From Savitreella phatthalungensis (taxonomy: Eukaryota), in assembly GCA_051599415.1 (NCBI GenBank), contig AP039712.1:62001-126000 (forward strand): a stretch of 64,000 nucleotides of DNA, read 5' to 3'. Below, one piece after another: positions 24,035 to 35,257 of this stretch (positions are counted from its first letter, which is position 1; each line of letters starts with the position of its first letter). The notes beneath the pieces are model-generated. The model did not search any database and was not told the DNA's origin. It worked only from the letters and a program-made list of their open reading frames with translations. A program made the position numbers and the translations under genes.

Positions 24035-24988
24035 ATGTCCAAGATTGAAGAGATCGTGGACGACCAGCCGACAGCCTCAAAGATTGAGGAGGTCACCTCA
24101 GACAACGATGCAGACAACGACAACACCGGCGCAGCAGCAGGCGATAGCGATGCAGAGCTCGAGGACGGCAGCAGCAACGCACTTCAGAGCAAAGCAGAGC
24201 AGAAGGCTCGCAAGATGCTCCTGAAGGAAGGCATCAAGAAGGTGCCTGCCATCACCCGTGTCACCATGCGCAGGGCAAAGAACGTAAGTCTCAAGTAAAC
24301 CCTGGAGAGAAACAAATGGACGCGAGTGAGGAAGAAAAAGCAGATCCTGCATCTGTGCAGCAGCAAGTGCAAGAGCAGCAGAAGCAGCGATGGAAGATGT
24401 GAGAAGCAAGAGATCCATATCGATCTTATCATCGACCTTATCATCGACAAGTCTACGGCCATTCCTCCACAAGTTAAAGCTTCTTCTGCTCGACCCACTT
24501 CTTCTTCTCCGAACATCTCGCTCATTCGACCATCCCTCCTTCCAACCCATGACCATGCATGACTGACCCGATTTTTCCCATCCTAGATGCTGTTTGTGAT
24601 TGATGCACCAGAGGTCTACAAGTCGCCCAACAGCGACTGCTACATTGTGTTTGGCGAGGTCAAGGTTGAGGACCTGGCTGCGAAGGCTCAGGCGCAGGCT
24701 GCTGCGATGGCCGCTCAGCAGGCAGCGACCGAGCAGGAGGCTGGCGAGGGTGGTGCTGCCGGTGGAAGCAAGGATGGTGTCTCTGCAGGTGACATCCTGT
24801 CTGAGAAGAAGGAGGACAAGAAGGCCGATGCAGAGGACGATGACGAGAACGTGGACGAGACAGGCGTCGAGCCAAAGGACATCCAGCTCGTCATGGACCA
24901 GGCAGCATGCTCCCGCGCAAAGGCAGTCAAGGCTCTCAAGGCCAACGACGGTGACATTGTCAACGCCATCATGGAAATCACCATGTAG
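24035..24988 (+). CDS. EGD2: Nascent polypeptide-associated complex alpha subunit; exons 24035-24283 and 24587-24988
   Basis: [10 protein letters not shown]...[44 protein letters not shown] domain plus C-terminal UBA; intron GTAAGT..ACTGAC..TAG. Confidence 0.96.
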
Positions 24989-26485
24989 AGACCATGTTGA
25001 AGGCAAAAAAAGAAAGAAAGATTGGAGATGAGCAAGTCTGAAGCAATTAGATGACCAGAACAGATCATACCAAGCTTTCACCGACTTCCAACAGCCAGGA
25101 CAACGATACACACATCCAAACCACAGAACGCTCCCAAAGACAGATTTGACCGAGTGGAATGCATCCAACTTTGCATATGTGCATATGCCCGCGTCCTGTC
25201 TAGAATCAGTGGTGATATACGCGTGTCGACAGTGGATCTCGTTGGTCAGTGCACGTGAAACTTACGTTGAATTGACCTGATATATGCTCTAAGGCTAATT
25301 TATAGAGTCATGAAGGTGCGTGCGTGCTCTTTCCACGGTCCATCCTTGCGTTCACCCTCGACTACATGCACAGATCACTTGCCAAGCTTCCTCTTCCTCT
25401 TCCTGGCTGATAGACTGCTTCTGTTCTTCTCTCTTTCAGATCGACTCGAAAGTCTAGCATAGTCTACACTCCTTTATGTGACTATCGACCCGGACAGTCG
25501 GTGTAGATGAGATCTGACTCGCGAGTTTAGTCCGGGTGAATGGACGAGCGAATGACTTAGTGAGTGCATTGGTGACTCGACTTGTGTAACAGGGAAGAGT
25601 TGATGGGTTCCAAGTAGATTACTTCTATTTCTCCTCATTCAGATTCAATTCAAGTTGAGAAGCGTCAAATCAATTTGATCGTGATCAGATTACAGCTGTC
25701 TTGTGATTGGATGCCACTGTTGTCTCCTGGGTATGCATTCAACTCCTTTTGCCTTTCTCAGAGTCATCTCCCCCGTGCTCATACAGATTCCCCAGTGCAG
25801 ATTGTTTTGTGAGAGGATAGCACACAATCGATTCCACCACTCCTCCAGTCCACCATACCCGTCCTTCTCTCGCTCTTCCTCCTCTCCTTGACTGTAGCCA
25901 GGCTCCGACCATCACAGGAGTCTCATCAATTCAATGTCGTTAGCCTTTCTCTCGCACAACGGCCCAACGATATACCTCCTGGGCAACGTCGCAGCGCGGT
26001 CAAGTTAGAGGACGCGGTCTCGCCAAACTAGACCACTCCTCCCAAAAGATCCCACCTGTGACTCCAGACAAGCCGATACACTCTCTCCGTGGCTTCGTCT
26101 CTGCGTAGTTGCCTGTATCCGCACACTCTTGCTATCTCTCTCACTCTCTTTCTCTCGCACTCTTTCTCTTTCTCCTTCTCTTTCTCGTTCGCGGTTTCCA
26201 TACAGCCCAGCCCTCAGAATTCGCCAAGCGAGGGATCGCCCTGGCAGGACCCCTTTCTCGCGCACGTCCCTTCAGCAGACCTGCCAGACACGTCTATCGC
26301 CTCGTCACTCAATATATTAGCCAGCGTACACCCTCGCGCGCCCAGTCACTAACACACTCTCTGTCCGTTCATTCACACTCTCTTCATCCTCTCTACCGAG
26401 TCAACGCTCTCTTCCACCTAATTGACCTCTAAAACCAGCCAACAGCGCCAGCACGACGGCTTCTCTCTCGTAAATACTGATCACA

Positions 26486-27199
26486 ATGCCGGTTATTGAG
26501 TCAGATCCTTGGTCATACGACCCATCCTTGCACAAGCGTGACTCGCTCGGCAATGGAAACTCCTACGTCGACATCCCCACATGGAAGATCATCGTATTCA
26601 GTATGATCCCGCTGGCGTTCATCATCGCTGGACTAGTATACTTCCTCGGGGTACGGCGGTATCGAGCTATCCAGCGTCGCGAGGCTGCAGAAGACCGATT
26701 CGATGCACTCGACTACGACGACGACGAGCCTCTGGATGCGCCGGCAAAACCACGTGCTTACCACGGCACGTCCTACCTCGGGCCCTACATGCACGGCGCC
26801 GGCACCTCACCGCACGACTCTTCATCGACGATCGGAAAGGACGCCGGCAGACCACTGAAATCCTCGGGCGCTGTCTATCAGCTGGGCGAGTGGAAGGGCA
26901 GCATGACGGACGTTCCCGTGGTCAAGGATGGCGACACGCGCTTCATCCAGGCCCCACCTGCCGATGACGATCACCTGATCCGGTCCGCGCTCGAAGCCGA
27001 AGGCACTGTACACAAGGGTCAGTACAACTCCCGACAGCCGCACAACCCAACAGGCCAAGCACCACCGGCCTACCGCGTCTCCGCAGTCCCATCAGACTCT
27101 CAGCGCAAGGAGTGGGGATTCGAAGACCCAAAGATCGCTGAACCACGCAGAGCACACTCCCCGACAAACCCAACAAGGCTGTCACGTCAACTCTCCTGA
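26486..27199 (+). CDS. Hypothetical single-pass membrane protein
   Basis: 237-aa ATG ORF with one hydrophobic helix (IIVFSMIPLAFIIAGLVYFLGV) followed by a basic RRYR stretch; PPAY motif in the tail. Confidence 0.75.
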   Translation: MPVIESDPWSYDPSLHKRDSLGNGNSYVDIPTWKIIVFSMIPLAFIIAGLVYFLGVRRYRAIQRREAAEDRFDALDYDDDEPLDAPAKPRAYHGTSYLGPYMHGAGTSPHDSSSTIGKDAGRPLKSSGAVYQLGEWKGSMTDVPVVKDGDTRFIQAPPADDDHLIRSALEAEGTVHKGQYNSRQPHNPTGQAPPAYRVSAVPSDSQRKEWGFEDPKIAEPRRAHSPTNPTRLSRQLS

Positions 27200-27357
27200 T
27201 TGTACCACTCAATCAACACGGCAATGCGCGGCATGCCACGTCAAGACTTCATCTCCGGTCGTCATGCCGCACACACCCATACGCTTCTTCTCTTTCTCTC
27301 TTAATCTCGTAGTGATGCTTCGTAATGATACAAGGTCTAGGTTGGAATCGACAGAAA

Positions 27358-28434
27358 TCAAGCGCTCCTGAGTGTGTAGCCTTTGGGAAGGCGGTCACGC
27401 TGTTGGAGGTACTCGAGTGATCTGCGGACACCTTCGCGCATGCCGACGCGCGGCACGTACCCGAGCCGTTCCTGCGCCTTGGCGATGTTGTAGTACCGAT
27501 TCGCGCACGTGAACTGGACCCTGAACCTCGTGAACGACGCCTCACCTTTCCCTGTCAGCCATGCAAACAACTCTGACCCGACGGCCAAGTACCAAGCGAG
27601 CGACTTTGGGATAACCAAGTAAGACTTGTCGACGTGATTCAACTCGGCGTACAGCGCCCGAGGGAAATTCCAGAACGGAATCGGTGTGCCATTGGTGATG
27701 AAGAAGGCTTCGCCAGCGACGGCCCCTTTCGAAGCAACATCTTTGCTGCCGAGTCCGAGCAACTTGCATGCAGCGAGGACGTGCGCATCGGCGGCATTGC
27801 CGATGTATGTGAAGTCAAACAGGTTCGTGTTGTCGCCAACCTGGAACCGAGTCTGGCCCTTCTCGAGCACGCCGAGCATGCCCGGGATCAGCTGGGCGTC
27901 AGCCTCACCGAAGAGTCCTGCAGGCCGGAGTGCACAGGTCGCAAAGGTGGCAGAATTGGCTTCGAGCACGAGCTGCTCTGCGACGGCCTTCGAGTCATTG
28001 TACGCGTCCATGGGAACCTCCGGATACGGCTCAGACTCGTCGCAAGCCACGAGATCTCCACCATTGAAGACCACCCCGGCGGACGACGTGTACACCAATC
28101 CCTTGACACCGCGCGTCCTGCACGCCTCCACCACCGTCCGCGTCCCTTCCACATTCACCTTGAAGTACACCGCCTTGCCCAACCCATGCACCGGCGAAGC
28201 CGTATGCACCACCAGATCAATCCCTTCCAGCGCAGCATCCATCGACTCCAGAGACGTCATGTCCCCAACCACATACTCAACGCCAGCAACACGCTCAACA
28301 GCTTCCCGAACGTCCAGCACCGTCAACGACAGCTCAGCTCCACCGCTCGAAGAAGTCCACACCTCAGACAAAAACGATCTGACAACATGCTGACCCAAGA
28401 AACCGTTACCTCCGATCACGAGCACCTTGACCAT
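27358..28434 (-). CDS. ERG26: Sterol-4-alpha-carboxylate 3-dehydrogenase (3-beta-HSD/NSDHL family)
   Basis: GGNGFLG Rossmann motif, HTASP, YTSSAGVVF, YNDSK catalytic motif, NLFDFTY, GEAFFITNG. Confidence 0.95.
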   Translation of the reverse strand: MVKVLVIGGNGFLGQHVVRSFLSEVWTSSSGGAELSLTVLDVREAVERVAGVEYVVGDMTSLESMDAALEGIDLVVHTASPVHGLGKAVYFKVNVEGTRTVVEACRTRGVKGLVYTSSAGVVFNGGDLVACDESEPYPEVPMDAYNDSKAVAEQLVLEANSATFATCALRPAGLFGEADAQLIPGMLGVLEKGQTRFQVGDNTNLFDFTYIGNAADAHVLAACKLLGLGSKDVASKGAVAGEAFFITNGTPIPFWNFPRALYAELNHVDKSYLVIPKSLAWYLAVGSELFAWLTGKGEASFTRFRVQFTCANRYYNIAKAQERLGYVPRVGMREGVRRSLEYLQQRDRLPKGYTLRSA

Positions 28435-28747
28435 CTTCGTGCAACTCGTATGCGTGTACAGGAACCGTGTACAGGCCTATGTGGGTCTGGGCAAGAGTGT
28501 ATATGTCGAAGATGTCCTTACGCAGTGTTGACTCGATCTCTTGAGTTCTCTTTGAATCTTTTTCGTGCAAGCATTTAATTTCTGGATTTGGCGAATGTAC
28601 GTATATACTGTACGTGACCCTCTCACAGACGCGTACCACCCTCTCACCAAGTGCTCAACCACTTACAACGACAAGTCGCTTCCAGCAGCCTTCTACCTTC
28701 AGAGAAAGGTCAGTCATCTCTCTGGGTCATAGAGTCTTGCTTTGACG

Positions 28748-30286
28748 ATGACTGGGACAGGGACAGTGCCAATCACAATCAAGTGGGCTGGCAACAAGCC
28801 TTTCAACGTCGATGTCGATCTGTCGCAGGATGGGGCGACGTTGAAGATGCAGGTATACTCACTCACTGGGGTGGAGGTCGATCGGCAGAAGATCCTAGTC
28901 AAAGGCGGTCCACTGAAAGATGATACCCCACTGTCAAAGCTCGGTCTGAAGGCCGGCCAGACGCTCATGATGATGGGATCAGCCACAGCACTCCCGCAGG
29001 CAGCCGAGCTAGATCGACCGACGTTCGTAGAGGACATGGACAACAAGTCGTTCGCCCAGGCCACAAAGTACCCACCAGGACTACACAACCTAGGCAACAC
29101 CTGCTACATGAACTCCACCTTACAGCTCCTCCGCGCAGTCCCAGAGCTCCAGCAGGACCTCAAGCAGTACGTTCAATCGTCCGCCTCTGGATCAGCCGCA
29201 GGCGCGTCCGGTGGTGCAGCATTGACGGGCAGCCTTAGGGATCTGTTCAAGTCGATGGAGGCTTCTTCCGACGCAGTGTCGCCGGCCATGTTCCTCGGTG
29301 CACTCCGGTCGAATTTCCCGCAGTTCGCGGAGCGGTCGCGATCTGGGATGGGTTACGCCCAGCAGGATGCAGAGGAGTGCTTCTCGCAGATTCTCCACGT
29401 CCTGCGGAGCAACGTGAAGGGTAGCGCTGGTGGAAACGCAGCTGCAGCTGGATCTGCACTGGACGCGTACCTGGGAGGTCGCCTGCATGCGACGATGCGC
29501 AACTCAGAGGACCCATCAGAACCATCATCCGAAACTGTCGAAGACTTTGCCAAGCTCAACTGCCACATCTCCGCCACCACAAACTTCATGATGGACGGTA
29601 TCAAGTCATCCCTCCACGACGAAATCACAAAGCGTTCAGAATCACTAGGTCGAGATGCAGTCTACGTCAAAGACGCCAAAGTCAGTCGTCTGCCAAAGTA
29701 TCTGTTTGTCGGCTTTGTCAGGTTCTTTTACAAGGCGGGAATCCAGAAGAAGGCGAAGATCCTCAGGAAGGTAGGGTTCCCATTCGACCTGGATGCCTTG
29801 GAGTTGTGTACGGACGAGTTGCGTTCACAGCTGGCGCCTATCAGGGACCGGGTGCGCGAGGCTCAGAAGGAAGCCGCCGACAGGGAGCGCTCGCGGAAGC
29901 GTGCCAAGACGGACCTCTCAGATGACGCTGCCCCAGTCCAGTCGGAAGCAGAAGCGGCAAAAGCGCTCAGGGACCAAGTCGACAGCATGCTCACACCCGA
30001 ACAGCGCGCAGACCTCGGTGCAAACCACTCAGGCCTGTACGAGCTCGTCGGCGTCCTCACTCACTCAGGCGCATCAGCAGACTCCGGTCACTATCAAGCC
30101 TGGATCAAAGCGCCCGAGGACGAAGGCTCAGCTGCTGGCTCGCCCCCAAAGCAGGAAAAAGACCAAGAGTGGTACAGGTTCAACGACGACACCGTCACCA
30201 TCGTCACAAGAGAGCGAATCGAGCAACTTGCAGGCGGAGGTGAGTCAGACTCCATCTATCTCGCTCTCTACCGCAGTCGATTCTAG
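28748..30286 (+). CDS. UBP6: Proteasome-associated deubiquitinase (Ubp6/USP14)
   Basis: N-terminal UBL (IKWAG..DRQKILVKGG), Cys box GLHNLGNTCYMNSTLQ, QQDAEE, His box THSGASADSGHY. Confidence 0.97.
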   Translation: MTGTGTVPITIKWAGNKPFNVDVDLSQDGATLKMQVYSLTGVEVDRQKILVKGGPLKDDTPLSKLGLKAGQTLMMMGSATALPQAAELDRPTFVEDMDNKSFAQATKYPPGLHNLGNTCYMNSTLQLLRAVPELQQDLKQYVQSSASGSAAGASGGAALTGSLRDLFKSMEASSDAVSPAMFLGALRSNFPQFAERSRSGMGYAQQDAEECFSQILHVLRSNVKGSAGGNAAAAGSALDAYLGGRLHATMRNSEDPSEPSSETVEDFAKLNCHISATTNFMMDGIKSSLHDEITKRSESLGRDAVYVKDAKVSRLPKYLFVGFVRFFYKAGIQKKAKILRKVGFPFDLDALELCTDELRSQLAPIRDRVREAQKEAADRERSRKRAKTDLSDDAAPVQSEAEAAKALRDQVDSMLTPEQRADLGANHSGLYELVGVLTHSGASADSGHYQAWIKAPEDEGSAAGSPPKQEKDQEWYRFNDDTVTIVTRERIEQLAGGGESDSIYLALYRSRF

Positions 30287-30473
30287 TCATAGTACACCTA
30301 GATCCACACTCTCACACACTCTTACATATGAATGATAACTCATACACGTCCGTAAGTCTGCACATCAACATCCAAACCCACGCAAGCCTACATCACCAAA
30401 GCGACACGATTGTACAACCATTTGGTCAAGTGATCTCATTCGTGTATAGTGTCTGGCGTGTGTTGTAGGTGCC

Positions 30474-30926
30474 TCAGAACTGGCGGGCCCGGGCAAGTCC
30501 GCGCTCCATCTCGTCGTGGAACCCACCTACCTTATTCCTTCCCATGCTTGCAACTCCTCCAGGGTAAACATCGTCTACCGAAAGCTGCGTATCTGTTCCC
30601 TTGAGCACCTCTAGCCCCACGGGCGCATTCCCCATCACCGACGGCGTCCATCCCAGCTTGGCGACGTGAAGCTCCATCCCGCGCCGCACAGGCTCACCCA
30701 GACCATACACGCGCCGCATCGCCTCCATCTGCATCTCGTCCCTCGTACGATCCCACCCGGCAAGCCGAGCTTCCAGTGGATGCCGATCGTTGTGCTCGCT
30801 AGCGTGAGACAGCACTCCACCGTGACGCAGCGTATCGTGAACACCAACAGCGCTAGGCGCACCCGTCACTGTACCACGCCCTACACTGTCGGCAAACCCG
30901 CTATCGGGCACGATTCTGAATGACAT
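30474..30926 (-). CDS. UMP1: Proteasome maturation factor Ump1/POMP
   Basis: MSFRIVP, GVHDTLR, HPLEARL, RRVYGLGEPVRRGMEL, FHDEME motifs. Confidence 0.92.
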   Translation of the reverse strand: MSFRIVPDSGFADSVGRGTVTGAPSAVGVHDTLRHGGVLSHASEHNDRHPLEARLAGWDRTRDEMQMEAMRRVYGLGEPVRRGMELHVAKLGWTPSVMGNAPVGLEVLKGTDTQLSVDDVYPGGVASMGRNKVGGFHDEMERGLARARQF

Positions 30927-31255
30927 CGCGTCGATTGAGAAGCTGCCGATCCAGGTTTCTTGTGTGTCTTGGAGGACGCGCGTTCTTCAGAAGACTTGGT
31001 GAATGGGTTACGTCGACGTCCAACAACAGACTAGCACGTGATTGCAGAAATCTGGCCAACTTTCACGTGCTTTATTTCTGTACGACCTGCCACAAACGAC
31101 ATCAACCACAACCTACAAAGACTACACAGACAAGCAAGTCGACAACATCTACCTTCTTCAGCAGCAACAGATCTACTGTTGTAGCTCATCAAACCTCGTC
31201 TGCAGAGCAGTTGAAGTAGTCGCAGAGACTTTGGAGGCATATAGATCCATCTCCG

Positions 31256-31810
31256 ATGGGCAGTGCAGTGAGCAGACAAGGGAATGAGGATGCCGGCGTC
31301 GTCTTCTCCAAGAGCACAGTCCCCTTGAGCTTCAGCGACCGTCTTGCCAATACACTCGAGGGCAGTAAGGAGTCTGAAGCAGCAAAAGCGCTTGAGATTG
31401 AAGCGATCGTTCAAGAACGTGTAGCTCAAGAGCTTGCCAAGTACAAGGACTCCGAACGAAAGGAACTCGCCAGAGTCACATACGAGCTCTCGAAGCGAAA
31501 CGCCGAGCGAGAGCAATCAGCCGCATCAAAATCCAAGAGCTCAGGATCCAACACCGACCTCAACAGCATCATCCTCGAAGGAGAGCTTGCAGAACTCAAA
31601 CGCCAAGTCTCACGGCGGCAACCGTCCGCCTCCGACAAAGAGACCACCCCTGACTCGCCAGAAGTCAAATCCATCGACGACGCACAGACCAAACTCATGT
31701 CATGTCTCAGAACACACAGGGGAAAGAACCTAGAGTGCCAGAAAGAGCTACAAAACTTCCAGGACGCACTCAATAAGATACAGAAACAGTTCGTTGCTAG
31801 CCTCGCATGA
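31256..31810 (+). CDS. MIC19: MICOS complex subunit Mic19-like
   Basis: MGSAVS myristoylation motif, VPLSFSDRL, coiled coil (LEIEAIVQERVAQEL), C-terminal CX10C (CLRTHRGKNLEC). Confidence 0.82.
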   Translation: MGSAVSRQGNEDAGVVFSKSTVPLSFSDRLANTLEGSKESEAAKALEIEAIVQERVAQELAKYKDSERKELARVTYELSKRNAEREQSAASKSKSSGSNTDLNSIILEGELAELKRQVSRRQPSASDKETTPDSPEVKSIDDAQTKLMSCLRTHRGKNLECQKELQNFQDALNKIQKQFVASLA

Positions 31811-32070
31811 TCGAAAAACGTAGGGCTTATACATTTCTAGTACACCGTGCTCGACGTCTCGTCCATCGGACTCGCCTGTGTTGCCCTTTTTGTGTACAGC
31901 GAAGCATGGCGAGAAGGATTGTGTGTTCGTGTCTATGTTTGTGTCTGGGTCGAGATTTATGCGAGCGTACCCTGGCACAACCACTGCGGCCCCGCAGAAA
32001 TCGTAGATAACACAATCCGACCTCCTCTGATTCACATACGTACGTGTACATATCCAGGCGTGCTCGAGTC

Positions 32071-33426
32071 ATGGCTCCGTCGCCGTCGCCAACCGCATCC
32101 GCATGGCAATCTCCACCGTCCATCTACGCCGACCACATCTCCTCCACAACATTACCACCTGCGTGTGACGTCTGCATCATCGGCGCTGGCTTCACTGGTG
32201 TCAGTCTCGCCTGGCATCTCCTCAACAGCTCTGTCGATCCCCCAACGATCACACTCATCGAGGCACGAGGCCTGTGCTCTGGTGCATCAGGACGCAACGG
32301 CGGTCATCTGTCCGCAGACCCGTACTCATACACGCTCTCCCTCTTAGATGCAGGATTCTCCAGAGAAGACGTGGTTGCGCATGCCCAATTCGAGCTTGAC
32401 AACTTCGATGCCCTCACAGCGCTCATCAAGCAGGAACAGATTGATTGCGAGTACGTTGCGAAACCACATCTCGATGTCGCTCTCACGGACGCTGACGCCA
32501 ACGTCCTCAAGCGCGCCCTCGAGCATATGCGCAACCTCGGCGGACCCGTCGACGCTTGCCGCATCTACGAGCGAGCTTCTGCTACTACACGCGCCCGCAC
32601 ACACTGCCGAGCCGCCATTGAGCACCCGCACTCTGCCAGCCTGAACCCATACAAGCTCGTAACGGGCCTGCTAACCAAGCTCATTGCCCGGTATCCGACC
32701 AAGCTCCGCCTGTACACCTACACCCCCGTCACAAAGACGCTCAGAGACGGCACAGTCCTCACATCCAACCGAGACAGGACACGTGCCAAGGCCATCATCC
32801 TAGCCACCAACGCTTACACCAGCCAGCTCGTTCCCTCGCTCGCCAAACACATCGTCCCCGTCCGCGCCCAGATTCACTACATCGCGGGGAGCCCGAGGAC
32901 GTCGCCTGACAACTGCTCGTACAATGCCGGCGGCGAATACCTGTCCCAGCGGCCTTGCGGAAGCGTCGTCCTCGGAGGGGGCCGACGATTTGCATCTGCA
33001 GGCCATGGCGAGGTCGGGGTCTCTGACGACAGCGCGATCGATCCCCACGTCAGATCATTCCTGACATCATTCGCGCACCGGACTGGTCTCACGCTTGGAG
33101 GAAGAGATGAGCAGACGCGCGCCCAAGACTGGACGGGCATCATGGGCTTCACACACCTCGGCATCCCACTCGTCCATCGCCTCTCCTGGGCCACCCATCC
33201 ACACGACACCCCTCTCCACACAGACATCCCGCGCTTCATCTGCGCCGGCTTCTCAGGCCACGGTATGCCTCGTATCTGGCTCTCCGCTCGCCATATTGCC
33301 ACCCAAACACTTCGATCACTCAACATGCAAGTCTCCCTACCACTCCATACCACTACACTCCCGCGAGGGTATAGTACACCGACAGAGCTGGATCTCGCCT
33401 CATTGGATCCACGGAATCCATGGTGA
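32071..33426 (+). CDS. FAD-dependent oxidoreductase (DAO / gamma-glutamylputrescine oxidase-like)
   Basis: DVCIIGAGFTG, CSGASGRNGGH, LATNAY, WTGIMGFT, AGFSGHGMP. Confidence 0.9.
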   Translation: MAPSPSPTASAWQSPPSIYADHISSTTLPPACDVCIIGAGFTGVSLAWHLLNSSVDPPTITLIEARGLCSGASGRNGGHLSADPYSYTLSLLDAGFSREDVVAHAQFELDNFDALTALIKQEQIDCEYVAKPHLDVALTDADANVLKRALEHMRNLGGPVDACRIYERASATTRARTHCRAAIEHPHSASLNPYKLVTGLLTKLIARYPTKLRLYTYTPVTKTLRDGTVLTSNRDRTRAKAIILATNAYTSQLVPSLAKHIVPVRAQIHYIAGSPRTSPDNCSYNAGGEYLSQRPCGSVVLGGGRRFASAGHGEVGVSDDSAIDPHVRSFLTSFAHRTGLTLGGRDEQTRAQDWTGIMGFTHLGIPLVHRLSWATHPHDTPLHTDIPRFICAGFSGHGMPRIWLSARHIATQTLRSLNMQVSLPLHTTTLPRGYSTPTELDLASLDPRNPW

Positions 33427-33478
33427 ATGAGCTGTCGTCTCTACTTGTCTAATCTCATTATCTAGGGGCCCTTCCCGA

Positions 33479-35257
33479 TCACGCCAGATCGGCGACCTTC
33501 TCACTGTCACTAGCATCTCTGCTAGATGATACTTCCTCCTCTTTGAAGCCAAAGTCGCCACGAAGCTCAGCTGACAGCTCGAGCGACTTGTACACCAGCA
33601 CCACGACAACTCCGCCGAGCACCGCACAAGCAAACAGCAACCACAGCGCCGACCTGACAGCGTCGACGTACAGCTGTTTGACAATAGTGGTGATGCCCGG
33701 ATAATTCGGGAATGCTGTAGCCAGGCGAGGGACGATCTTGGTCGATGCGATACTGTACGCACCTCCACGAGCTAGGAGTCTTCTGACGGGCTCCGGGATC
33801 TCCCCAACAGCCACAAGTCCCTTCGCGAGCGTGTCAACGCGGGAATTGAATACGGCCACGGGCGCGCTCAGGGCCAGAATGCTTCCGAACTGTCGAGCAA
33901 ACGCGTACTGCCCAATCCCAGCAGCCATGTCCTTAGGGTCATCGAGCGCGGCCTGTAGCGGCGGCAGTGTCGCCACAAACAAGATTCCAGCGCCCATAGC
34001 GAACGGCACCTGCAAACCAGCCTGCCAGGACGTCGACGCGCGTGACGTCCCCGGCACAGACAGTAGCTGGAACAGCCCAATCCCGAGCGCCAGAAGAGCA
34101 AATCCAACAGCATTGATCCCTTTATACTTCCCGGTCTTTGCAATCACAAAGCCAGCGAGGCCTGCGAACGGCGCAGTCAAGCATCCCGATGGTAGTGTCA
34201 GCACGCCTGACCTGATCGGACTCGCATCGTAGACCGCCATGAACATGAGCGGGAGGAAGAGGAATGCGCCGAAGACAGCGACGGCGTGGAGGAAAGTGGC
34301 GAGGAGTGCACCGACAGCCGTCCTGTTGCGGAACAATCTGATCGGCACGATCGGTAGCTCTGCATATCTCTCGACCACAAACAGGAAGAAGACCAGCCCC
34401 GCGACACCGACAAGCAGCGGTACGAGCACTCTTGCAGACGTCCATGTGTACGTCGTTCCTCCCCAAGCGAGCGCAATCTCGATACTCACCACAGATCCGA
34501 GGAATGTGACGACGCCCAACCAATCAATTCGCTTCAGTCCAGAGGCCAGTGTCACGTCTGACGGCTTGTTCAGCCCAGTGAGGAAGAACGCAATCATCAC
34601 GAGCGCGACCGCGCCGATCGGCAAATTTAGATAGAACACCCAGCGCCACTGACCACCGTCTGCCAAAGCTCCGCCAATGAGCGGGCCCATGACTGTGCCT
34701 GCGGCCCAGACGCCTGCGATAATACCCTGGTACTTACCCCTCTCCCTAAGCGTGCAGATGTCAGAGACGACGATCTCGACGAGAGACAAAATACCTGCGC
34801 CGCCGATCCCCTGGACGGCCCTTCCAGCGATCAGGACCGGCATCGAGGGTGCTGCCCCGGAAATTGCACTTCCGACCATCAGCAACCCTACAGAGGCCAT
34901 CATCGCTGCACGCCTGCCGAACAAATCGCTCGCCTGCGCCCAAAGCGGCATCAGTCCGCATGAGACCAAGTAAGCCGTCAGCACCCAAACGTAATCGCTC
35001 TCACCCTTCAGATCATAGGCAATCGTCGGCAGCGGCGTCGTCACAATCGAAGCCTCCAGCGCAGCCAAGAGCGACACCGCAGCCAGTGCAGCATACACCA
35101 GCCAGAATCGAAGTCCTTTCGGGTTGTTGTTGCTGTTTGTCTTCGTTGTCGGCGTCTTGCCCACCTTCTCTGCCGATCCACCGACGAGCGTATCGATCGA
35201 TGACTCTGCCGGTGACAGCGGCAGCGGTCTGATTGCCATTGTGTCCCTTGTCGACAT
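33479..35257 (-). CDS. MFS drug:H+ antiporter (14-TMS, DHA2 type)
   Basis: SDLFGRR motif A, GRAVQGIGGAG, GPLIGGAL motif C, WRWVFYLNLPIG, many TM helices. Confidence 0.93.
   Translation of the reverse strand: MSTRDTMAIRPLPLSPAESSIDTLVGGSAEKVGKTPTTKTNSNNNPKGLRFWLVYAALAAVSLLAALEASIVTTPLPTIAYDLKGESDYVWVLTAYLVSCGLMPLWAQASDLFGRRAAMMASVGLLMVGSAISGAAPSMPVLIAGRAVQGIGGAGILSLVEIVVSDICTLRERGKYQGIIAGVWAAGTVMGPLIGGALADGGQWRWVFYLNLPIGAVALVMIAFFLTGLNKPSDVTLASGLKRIDWLGVVTFLGSVVSIEIALAWGGTTYTWTSARVLVPLLVGVAGLVFFLFVVERYAELPIVPIRLFRNRTAVGALLATFLHAVAVFGAFLFLPLMFMAVYDASPIRSGVLTLPSGCLTAPFAGLAGFVIAKTGKYKGINAVGFALLALGIGLFQLLSVPGTSRASTSWQAGLQVPFAMGAGILFVATLPPLQAALDDPKDMAAGIGQYAFARQFGSILALSAPVAVFNSRVDTLAKGLVAVGEIPEPVRRLLARGGAYSIASTKIVPRLATAFPNYPGITTIVKQLYVDAVRSALWLLFACAVLGGVVVVLVYKSLELSAELRGDFGFKEEEVSSSRDASDSEKVADLA

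Noticed and set aside
24098..25168. 356-aa antisense ORF over EGD2, and similar shadows such as 27634-28578, 43450-44079 and 47534-48295
   Set aside because: Antisense shadows of well-supported genes with biased codon usage
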